64,000 bases of DNA from the NCBI GenBank assembly GCA_002633005.1, contig NMRA01000224.1, positions 590,281 through 654,280 on the forward strand, written 5' to 3'. A program made the translations under genes and the position numbers. This document shows positions 1 to 10,370 of this stretch, in pieces. Source of the DNA: Phoronis australis (Eukaryota; Animalia; Phoronida). Every line of letters starts with the position of its first letter. The first letter of the stretch is position 1. Below the pieces are notes generated by a model that did no database searches, had not been told where the DNA came from, and saw nothing but the letters and a program-made list of their open reading frames with translations.

Positions 1-170
1 CCCAAGCAGTCGTTTCTGAGATGCAGTATGATATTCCGAAGATAACTAAAAGTTGGGCATTTTTCTAGAGTCCTGCATAACCTTAAGCAACCAATGATAA
101 CTTTATGCGTCAATGACACGACGCAACACAATACAGGTGCAGTGTGTATATCAAGTTGTCTGATTATAAT

Positions 171-208
171 CAATTACCTGCTGGTATTAAAATACCAGCA
201 GGTAATTG
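171..208. repeat. Perfect hairpin, 18-bp arms with 2-nt spacer
   Basis: caattacctgctggtatt-aa-aataccagcaggtaattg. Confidence 0.9.
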
Positions 209-779
209 GTTCCGAAAATTAGTCATGGGTCCGTCGTCTAATGTTATTACTCGATATGGAACTCGAAATTACGTCTTAGTGACTACTCGTCTGCGTCCAA
301 GCACATTATGATTTGTGCTTACATTCCAGGTTTGCACTTTGTGACCCCTATATTTGTGCTACAAACTCCGTATTTCGAGTGATAACTCGTAACTTTGAGT
401 TAAAACTTGAAACCTTAGCTCTTATGCTGGGGTTTTCAAGAGCAAATTAGGATTAGAAAGTTATCCACGTCATCCGTTATCTACTTGCGCATAGAATAAT
501 AGACACTTATCTGAAGTTTGCACAAAAGTAGAGTAGAAAATGTCAAAAATATTTGCGAGCTCGATTTCGAGTAAAACCCGGGTCCTGGTTGGAATAGCGG
601 GATTCTAAAAATAAGTTGCGTGACACCGTGAATTCTAAGTGGAGGTGATAGAAACCATGTTACAGTGGAAAATGTTGCAACATTCTTGCAGTGCTTCAGA
701 TAGTCTCATTACAAGTAAGTTATCTTTCAGTTTAGGCGGTGGAACGAAACTCATAGCATTCATTCTTGTGAGTACTTTT

Positions 780-1640
780 AGGGGGCAACCTATTTTTTCC
801 CAGGTGACTATCTAATATACTTGTAATTCAAATTCCAAAAAGATTCCACGTCTACACTTGCACATTTTTTAAAAAGGGGCTGTTTTTGTTGCAAGAAATA
901 TAATGCACATTTCCACCACGTGGTGGGGCTTTGCTAATAAATTGACCAATCAGAGAGCCATATTGTATTGTGTTCAGTAACTTAAATATGGCAGCTCCTG
1001 TGGAGTGAAATGCCTGTACAGTATAATTCAAGGTTTATGAAACACAGCACTAAATTGTGATAACCAGAACTTGAAAAAGCTTATAGAAGCATCCTGGCAA
1101 AAGCTGATGGGCTGTGCAACACTGTGGATCGGTATAGATGGAAAACAACAGGAGGTGTCACGAACGTTTGTGCAAGAAAACAACTCATGTCCCACGGGTT
1201 TATACATGTCCTGCTATTGAAGACTAAGTGTCAGAACAAAAACTGAAAAGGCATAGGAATGCATAACAACGTTTCAAGACACCAGCAGTAGTAGTAAAAG
1301 CTGAAACTGCTTAAAGTGACACAGGCGTTGCCTAAGATTTCCAAAGAAAATCAACTAGACTTTAAAAATCTGAAACACCAAATTAAGAAGTGACTACAAC
1401 ATTAATAGTTGTGTATTTTTACAGAGTGGACACCAATTTGAAGATTTATTAATATAGCCAGGTTACTAAGAATAGAACAGGATCGAAGGAAGGGATACCC
1501 CAAGACTGCTACACCCCACAATTTTATATTGAGACAGTAGATGGGTTGTTTCTGTAATTTCAAGAGATGGGACAAATGTTTTGTAGTCAGGCGAGCTTTT
1601 AAAATCTACAACTGTCTTATTCGAGGAAAACCGTCATTTT
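780..1640 (+). pseudogene. Highly degenerate PIF/Harbinger-type transposase remnant
   Basis: Broken motifs in the expected order: YFFPGDYLIYL*FKFQ..ST.AH (cf. YLATGDS..SL.F.FR), W..QHC..IDGK (cf. W.FPHC.GAIDGKH), VDTN..FINI and IYNC.IRG. Stops and frameshifts throughout. Confidence 0.4.
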
Positions 1641-4325
1641 TTGTATTCTGTCCTGTTTATGGTCTTCTGATGCTTACAGAGGGTATGTAGGACAGGGCAA
1701 GTAGAGTTTACGACCAATGAGTTTTGTCATTTTATTTAATTCGTGGCGGGTTGTTGTCAATATAAATCTACTGGTATCAAAATTATGTGCCAGCGAATGT
1801 CGGATTCAACTGAATTGAGGAATTGACTTAGAATTGGTTGAAATCTGATTTTTGCTGAAGTAGAGTGCATGTACCAGTACGGCACAGTAAATTTGTACCT
1901 GCTACTAGACATTTCCCTTTTACTGTCACGGTGTGATTTTACTGCGTGATGGTGATATTTTGAGATAAATATGTTTTGAAATAAATCAAAACTTTATTGT
2001 TTGAAATGTTTACAGTATCTTAATATGCTGTTTCTTTGTGAACATTTTCCTTGTCCTTCTCGTTCTGGGTGTCCAATAATATGGAAGTGTGCTTGTTATT
2101 GACAGAAGAAAAACGGCGATTCCCCACATCATGGTCGCATAAAAGGGATATTGAGTGGGGTAAAAATTAATATCGGTGAAAATTAATAATGCGAACGCCT
2201 TTTTAAAACTCTAGTTCCACGGCGTGCCAAGTTGTTTTACAGCACTGTCTATAACACATTTTGAACTGTTAGACCATGTCGTTTCAAACTGTACAAATTA
2301 CCAGTTCGCCACGCTAAGATGATTTAGGTACTAGGACAAGAAATACCAGGAAGTGGTTATCTCTTCCTGGTAATACTAGATAGTTAAAGAAAAGTACCGT
2401 ATCATTTATTCAGAAGTAATTTTCCTTGAGACACCTCAGCACCCCTTACAAGCGTTTTATTTTTTGAAAAAAACACCTGCATATTAATGCAATTATTAGT
2501 CCTTGGTATAACGTGAACTAGACAATTCCAATCACCTTTCGGGAAATTGGGTCTGTGCAAATGCATACGTCGACCTCCGGCTTCAGCCGCCCAAGCAGTG
2601 GTGCACACGCGGGTAACCGATGTATACACTATATTTGCGTGCCTTACCAACCAGTTCAGGGTGTTTTTGGTGTCGTGCATTCTTCTTTTTTTCATTGAAA
2701 TACTCAATGTTAACATATCAGTTATTATAACTCTTTCGTTTTGCAAACTTTTGCTTCCAAATTTTATTCAAACTGACTAATGCCCTCAATTCCGAAAACG
2801 CACGTGTACACAAACATGTGCAGCTCCATTGTTGCATACAATGACACGACTTTACATGCACGCATATTGCTCGTCGACTTCCAAGGGTTTCTATGAATTT
2901 GTTGTACTTTGTGTTCAAGTGTTTCACACGAACGCATGCCTCAAATGTTTTTGTTAGAAAATATCAAGTGGTGTCGGGTCAAGGAATTATTAGACCCATT
3001 CTAAAAACTTTGGGTATCCAGTGATGTAATGGCTAGCCAGAGAGCGGCCCACTTGACAGCTCGTCTTGTCGGTTTATAAACAACCGGAACTCAAAAATAG
3101 GTACTATACAATTATAGCAGTGAAAAAGGTTAATCACTGTATAATACCATTTTCTAGTCTTTATACATTTCAGTGATTGTTTTTTCGACTGAGCCGGCAA
3201 AATCTCCCAGGCCCTAGCTGCACTCCGAGAGAATTTCAGTCAAAGCATTAGGAATTTTGTCTTTGCATTGGCTTATATGACCGTTTAAACAATGAGTGGG
3301 TCACAGGTTGACATTGCTTTATGTTACCAATATTTTAGAACCTCCTTAGTATATAAAATTTTAAATTTTATTCAGAAAATTCCGCGGCTTCCATAAGGCC
3401 ACCGGGCTTTTGTTTACATATCGTTCATCATCAATATGGCGGACCGTGTGCCACGCGCTGTCTGCCTTGTGAGTATGGTCGTGTCGGCTCTCTCTATATA
3501 TATAGCTCATTGGTTAGAATAACCTTGTATTTTCATACAGCCAGTGTGCACATTCACAGAAATCATTCAAATATGTTGTTTGTTATTTAACGTATTTCTC
3601 ATAGATTATGCAAACAAATTGTAATTTATCCCATTAGTCAATGGAGAAGTCACTGAAACACATATTTTGAATACTCTTAAGTGTGTTATTCTAGTTGTCA
3701 GACTAGAGTAATCTCCTAGTAACATCCATATTTAGTTCATATTTCTACCGCTAGGTGTCACTTCACATTTTTAAATTTCACTGTTTGCAACTTTTCTACA
3801 AAAGTGAAACATTTAATGTGAGTTTACTATTGTTAAATGCAATGATATTGATGAGAAATGATTCCTTTTTTTTAATAAAAAAGATAGAAGAGTGTTATTT
3901 TTACAAACATTAATTCACTAAGGTCTTGGCTCACTATTATGTAACGTCAAACAATAATTACTCAAAAATGTACAACGTTATATGCGGGAACTTTTCAGAT
4001 TTTGCAAACACACTAGTAAATGAATTAAAAAACACCAAAATAAAATTGCCCCATTCAGTACTCAGAGAATGTATTTTCTAGAAGCCCTACAATACTCGGT
4101 CCACCGCCTAATTGGGTCGGTTTGGTCCCAGAAGAGTAGTATGGTGCTCCACCAACTCGACTTACACAACAGCCTGTTTGTTGCAAAGACATCAAACAGT
4201 AGAGCTCCATATGCTACCTTCTGTTCTATATGTCAAATACTGTCCTTTTGTCAATTCATGTTTCTAAATGTAAGGCCATCCCGAATAACACAGCGATGAA
4301 ACTGAACTAGTCTTTTGTCCCGAGG

Positions 4326-5364
4326 CATAGGTGGATTTAGGGGGGGCCAGGGGGCCCGCCCCCCCCCCCCCCTTGGCTGCCGCAAAAAAATAAAACAGCT
4401 AGCAAGAGCGTAGGGAAATGTTGAGTTTATTAATTTGCCCCGGTAATTAAAATTATGCGGATGAAAAAAAGATTTAAAGTGCGCAGTTTTAGTGTTTTGG
4501 GGGGGCCCAAATCCAATTTCAAGTGTCAAATCCGGAACACGGCGCATTCGTAACGGAACTATGGCTAAGTGTAGGCTCTCCCGCGATATCCCAGGCGACC
4601 GGCGGAAGCGCTGCGCACTACGACTCCGTTTCCGTCGTCTGCTCCACTGTGCAATGAAGGAAATTTACTTCATGTTTTAAAGAAAATGGAACCTGAGTGA
4701 CAATGAAAAAACAGAAGCTGCTGGTAAGATGTGAATTTTAATCGAAGCCTAAGTGCATCACTCAGAAACTCATTAATTCTCTCTTTGTCAAACCTTAACG
4801 ATTTCCAAAGCAATCCCGTGATTATTGCCAACACGAAAAACGGATTTGGTCTTTTGGGCATTTGAAGACTATTTTAAATACAACAAATTTGTTAAGAACC
4901 GATTGCACAAAATATAAAACGTGTAATAAGCATTACAAAAAGAAGTAGGTTTCGCGCGCAAACGCTGTGGACCAGAAACAACTAGGTCTCTTAGTGTAAG
5001 CTTATTAGTCAAATCGTGGTGGTGTAGTGGTTAAGCACGCGTGTCCCATCACCAAGATCGTGAGTTCGAGTCTGTGGAACTCGCAGTTTTTCCTGTATGA
5101 CATGTTCTCCGTGTTTTGTTTTTTTTTTTTGTTTTCTTTATTTTTTTTTTTGCCTTTTTTTCTTGGATAATACATCAGAAATCAAGGAAAATGCTCGATT
5201 TTTAGAGGAAAAAACAGAACAATTTCCTTGGCGGGAGGGGGGCAAACCCCCCTCCCGACCTCCCCCCATTCGGTGCTATGCGCATCTACAATCGTGGTTT
5301 GCGCAAATACTTACAGCCGGACAAAATGTTGCCCCCCCCTTGTGATATCCTAGATCCGCCACTG
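4326..5364. mobile_element. Non-autonomous DNA transposon with CA..TG termini and 5-bp TSD
   Basis: Ends cataggtggatttagg and cctagatccgccactg (imperfect TIR); CGAGG at 4321-4325 and 5365-5369. Confidence 0.75.
5013..5085 (+). pseudogene. tRNA-derived (SINE-head-like) sequence
   Basis: A box TGGTGTAGTGG 5020-5030, B box-like GAGTTCGAGTC 5062-5072; no intact cloverleaf. Confidence 0.55.
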
Positions 5365-6056
5365 CGAGGGTAGCACGATTGGCCTCGCTTTGGAATGTCA
5401 GCTACACATCCTCACGTCATGTCGGTAATCGTGGAGGTGTGTAGCCGTAAAAATATTCCCCGATGTCATTCTTTTCAAAACGCCGGAATTGAGAAGCTAT
5501 AGTCTGTGCGGTTAACCCGACGCACTTGCTATATCTGATTTTACATGTCGTCGGGGAACTCAACATCACACAGCCACGGATATCTGTTGGTCCAAAGTTC
5601 TGTCGTCGGCCGGGAGATGTAGCCCACATTGCAGCAGTACTCTTTCGTTGGGATTGGAAAGACGACTAGAGTAGTCCCGCCGAGAAAACCTTATAAAGAA
5701 TACAACCCCACAGAACACGTGGTCTTCCGATGGCGCGAAAACCAGCTGCACAAAAATTGAGACCTTGGCGGTTGCAGCATTGTGTGTAAATAAAGCGATA
5801 ATCGAGTGTCGCTGTATAATCCGCAAAGCAATTTCCACTGTACCAACAAACCAAACGGTGGTACAACAAAATAAATCCGTTGACAGCCCCATAAACTGAT
5901 ATCAATTTAACTTTTGCGAAGTACAGACAGTGCTGTAGTCAGTGGGACGTAGGCGCATTTAGGGGCAGTCAACCACCTTTTGGCATTTGAACGTAGCGCC
6001 TACGCAACCGTAAGTCATGTTCAGTGCTCAAGGCGGTGAGATTTGGGCGCATACTT

Positions 6057-6202
6057 CATGGGCGGCGCACCATAGGGGGCGGGGGGCGGCTATCGCTCCA
6101 CGGATTTTTCCAGTGCTACGCCGCACGAGGTCTATAGGCGGTGCACTCTAGGGGGCTGAGGGGGCTTTAGCCCCCACTTTTTTCAGTGCTGCGCCGCCCA
6201 TG
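6057..6202. mobile_element. Dimeric GC-rich MITE
   Basis: 13-bp TIR catgggcggcgca/tgcgccgcccatg; flanks tactt/tacct; related pieces at 6930-6997, 14546-14600 and 63070-63141. Confidence 0.75.
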
Positions 6203-6929
6203 TACCTCTAACTTTACCACTACAGCACTAACTAGGCCTACAGATAGATTCATGTACATGTATGTACAAGGTAGAAGCATACAATGTACATGAAGATACA
6301 TGGAACGATGTTAATAAGTTAAGTCATGATCATTCATTTTTGCCACAAAAGACTTTTTATTGTTTTTACACAAGCAGTCTCCACACTGATGAAATTGAGG
6401 CAGATTTCTAGATCATCTTTAATCCCACAGGGTGGAGTGACCTGAATCTCAATTGCTCCAACATCCTCTCAATTGCCTAGGTTATGCGGCATTGGTTGTT
6501 ATCATTTTGCACACGCACCTTTGAGATCTGTCACAATTCTCAATAGGAATCACGTGGGAGAGTAGGTTTTGAGGTTCTCTTTATCGGGGTCAAGTTGCAC
6601 TTTATCTGCCGTACCCTGTCAGATATGGACTATTAATAGAGCGTGAGAAACATCATATCATCTTCAACACAGTGTAAGTTGTGAATAATCGTTACTGAAG
6701 AGCCCTGGGTCATAAAATGTGATAACTAATTTTTTATTTGACCTAATATCGGCACATGCTCGTTGCATGTACTTTTTGTGTTGAGGTCGTTTTCATATTG
6801 ACGGCAATCTTTGCACCACTCACGCAGGTTGAAATTCTTCTAAGAAATTATCGTCTCCACAATGTGCACTGGGCATTCAGTAAATCGTTCACTCAAGCAG
6901 ATGTTGTTAGACCTAGCAGCATCGCCAAC

Positions 6930-6997
6930 CATGGCTGTCACACCATAGGTGGCTGGGGGGCTATAGGCCCCACTTTTTTAATGTTGCACCGCCCTTG
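6930..6997. mobile_element. 68-bp monomeric MITE of the same family
   Basis: Perfect 5-bp TSD CCAAC at 6925-6929 and 6998-7002; sequence matches one half of 6057-6202. Confidence 0.7.
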
Positions 6998-8676
6998 CCA
7001 ACGCACAGTAACCTAACCTTATTTCATCAGCCCAAGACGCCGACGGCTTTGTTTAAACCATAGAAGTCTAGCCCTGGAATGCCAACTCCATCTCACGGCC
7101 GTTGAGGTTGCGCCGCGCATGCGTGAAAACTGTTTGCATTCGTTTGTTCCGATGTGTGTAATATGGAATTTACTGTCATTAACATTTTTCGCAACTGCGC
7201 CGTTTTTCCAACGAATTGCGTGAAAACCATATCATTAGAAAGCACTTTGTCAGTTCTCGATGTTTGTATCAGAAGCAAAAAATGAATAATTTTATTTACA
7301 AGTAATTATCATTTTGCATAGCTGTTTAAAATCCAAGAGTGTTACCAAAATGCGATAAATAACGGGGTGTATTAGTAACATGAAATTTGAAATGAACTAG
7401 CGATGTTATGTAAATAACTAGTTAAGCCATTCGGGAAATAACTTCTTTGGTTCAAAAGATTTCTACTCTATAAAGACAAAGGTTTTAGAATATGGATCTC
7501 TCACATTTACTGTGGATAATTTAGTCAGGCATTCATCCCAAGTCATACATATTTTTATATTATAACTGATTGCACTATTGGTGCCGTTTCAAACAATTAC
7601 ATTCTTCAGTAAAAGTCAGGATGCAATGACAATTACGAAAAATGCGATAAACTACTCCAACTATCTATCCAAAATTTACAGATAAAGGCTCTCTGATAGA
7701 TAAAAATGGGGAGACATCTCTATCTGTGGATAGCTCATCACACTGGTTTCAGAGTGGAACTTTCCATACAAGTTTAAAAATAAACTTCATCTTCAGAAAG
7801 TAAAAGTTAGTGATCATGATACATGTAGTGTATGTTACCGAAAATAAGAGACATTGGAACGCATTTTTACGATTGCATTGTTAATAAAGAAAGTGGAATC
7901 TGTAAAATATTTATAAAAAGAGACGTTGTTATTTTGAACATCTGTTGCGTAGTTGTCACGGTCAACATTCAAAAATGGAGAAACGAAGCCCTTTTATTGA
8001 AAGGCGTTACTTCAGGATAAAAAGTGGAACATCTGAACATCAAAACGTAAACGTAAGGGTGAACTGTTCGCTGCAACAAACAAAAGCGTACCGACGGTGT
8101 CTTTGTTGAATATGAGAAAAAAACACCTAAATATGCACGAAAGCGTTTTGATGTTTTTTTGTAGTTAAATGGGAAATTGTGGGTGCCGCAAAAATCACAA
8201 AAATTCATTTTTTTTCTTTTTGGTCGAGTGGGAAAATATGGCTAGGCAAATACTACGGATAAGAGTAGGCCTACTTCTCAGGAATCGAATTAACGAAAAC
8301 GGCATCTGGGCAACAAGCAAACATTGCACAATTGAATAATTACAGAAACAGTTTACAACAGTTATGACACGCACGCGCACACACACACACGCACACATAC
8401 ACACGCACACACACATACACACACATAGCTAAGAAATTATAGGTAAGTTTTCGAAAGTAATACAACAGGGCTTGTTGACAATTAAGTCGTACAATTGTAC
8501 ATCGCTTGGAAGGTTATTCCCACGACACACAATAACGTCAGTTTATGATTTTTCTAGTAACATAAAAACTTAACAAACGTAAATAAATATAGATTATTAC
8601 ATGGCAAAGTCGTTATCCCCCGTTATCTAGAGACCGAGTGGATTTTGGAGAATTATCGCCCGAGGGGCGTTCAATC

Positions 8677-9390
8677 TATTTATACCACATCCTGAACGAG
8701 AAACATTGCAATGAATCTATCTACCTTTCTCGACTCGCCTCGGCTTTGTAACTACTTTCTATGTCAGATGCCTGGGGTCGGAGGTCGTGACCTTTTAAGA
8801 AAGGCCGAGATATTTTTGTCAAATAATGTTTTTACTCAAAACCAATTGAAAAATAAAACAAAATAGAAATAAAGTGAATCTATAAATTTAAGGTTTGGCA
8901 ACTATTATAGCTTACTACACATTTTATCACGCTAAGCTTCGACCGGGAATATATCGTCTGCTAAAGTAGGTTACCACTAATAACTGACTATAATGCTCAA
9001 GTCAAAGGATCCCGACAACACTACACCTGCATTCAAAATGGAGATCGGTGATTTACAAGTGAGAGAACACGAGAGAAAAATTTCACTGAATTAAAATATC
9101 GTTTTTATGGAAATTATGCGTCTTATTTTTCATAGCGTATAAATGTCGGTGCAATGCCCTTTGCTAAACATACGATTGTTGCGCGTGCTCATTTAAGTAT
9201 TTTATTTTCACGTTCGATGACGTAAGCCGTTGGGTGGTATAGTGGTAAAGTCGGCGACTCGCAACTATTGAGGCCCGGGTTCGAATCCGGCCTAGGTTTC
9301 CCGCCAAAATGTTATCTCACTAGTGAGATAACTTTATTGGTTATTACACGGTTGTATCTGCCATTCGAGGCTAATATTGTGGTATAAATA
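8677..9390. mobile_element. Unclassified element bounded by a 13-bp inverted repeat, nested in the element above
   Basis: tatttataccaca/tgtggtataaata; internal 22-bp palindrome gttatctcactagtgagataac at 9311-9332; absent from the paralogous host copy. Confidence 0.55.
9226..9297 (+). pseudogene. tRNA-derived (SINE-head-like) sequence
   Basis: A box TGGTATAGTGG 9235-9245, perfect B box GGTTCGAATCC 9278-9288; acceptor and anticodon stems do not pair. Confidence 0.6.
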
Positions 9391-9659
9391 TGAGAACAGT
9401 TACAACAGTTACGTAAACACACCTCTTTTTAGGGCCTAAACTTTTCATTTAGACTACATGTAACTTCTTCTGTTATAATGATTTTAAATGAGAATTCCAC
9501 CCGATTTAATTAGTCTTTCTTAGCGTCTTAATCGGTCTATATCCACATCACCTCGTATACGGTCGATCTTACCTCACCGAGAGGTGTCGCGTTAACCTGT
9601 GAGGAAGGTGAGAAACGACGCAGCGACGTCAGTGGTTCTTTAGTAGAGTGAGTGCCGCT

Positions 9660-9855
9660 ATGGCGTGGTGTATCGTTCCCGCTTGTGCGAAATATGAAGC
9701 TGCGAGGAAAGCGGGATACAGTTTTTTCGATTTTCTCGATAGCACATAATGCTTCGAAAGTGGCTCGCGGTAGTGAAGAATGAAAAGTACGCCGTTAATA
9801 CCAAGTATGAGGCCGTGAAACTTCTTCGTGTCTGTCAGTGGCCTGCATTTCGTCT
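9660..9855 (+). pseudogene. THAP zinc-finger remnant (transposase N-terminus)
   Basis: MAWCIVPACAKY..KAGYSFF / [14 protein letters not shown]...LRVC / GLHF with frameshifts; C2CH THAP pattern. Confidence 0.8.
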
Positions 9856-9969
9856 GATCGGTTTTTGACCAGTTTTTCATTATGGAGAATTGTAGTTGGC
9901 CACGAAAACATAAGTAATTACATTTAATTCAAGGCGTGAGAACATAACGTTTTATATAACCTGTTTGAT

Positions 9970-10370
9970 GACTGGCTCATTCGTCAGGCTTCTCGGTGTT
10001 TAGTTCTCTGGGTGTAGGACGTTTTCGCCAGTTCTTTTTCTCAGTCCTAAAAACGTTGTAAGCACACCTCTGTTTAGATGCGGTGCAAAATCAGGATGGT
10101 CCGTGAGACACATTTGCACTTCTCCAAGAAGGCGTTTCACTTGCAGAATTTCGTGGCAGCAAACGCATGCACTTGGCTCCGCAGTCATTCAAACGGTTTT
10201 CGGAACTATCCATACGTTCCGTTGTCTGTGCACGTTCTCAATAATTTCTTGATCAGTGTATTCTTGTTCGAACTGATAGCCTTTGAAACCTAACGATCGA
10301 CCTGTGGAGTCTCTGTCGGATGAGTACTCGCCTAAGTTGGGATTGCGAGTTGTCACGTTGACGTTTATTA
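9970..10370 (-). pseudogene. KolX / P2X7 ballast (ZCD)-like protein remnant
   Basis: GYQFEQEYTDQEI then MTAEPSACVCCHEILQV...CLTDHPDFAPHLNRGVL, matching the Y.FEP...M....ECxCCxE...CIT.HP.F...LN..VL pattern. Confidence 0.7.

Noticed and set aside
3019-3512. Possible CA..TG MITE
   Set aside because: Terminal match is short and no TSD is evident.
5417-5905. Overlapping minus-strand ORFs in CpG-rich sequence
   Set aside because: No motif recognised in any frame.
9226-9297. Functional tRNA gene
   Set aside because: A and B boxes are present but acceptor and anticodon stems do not pair; treated as tRNA-derived.
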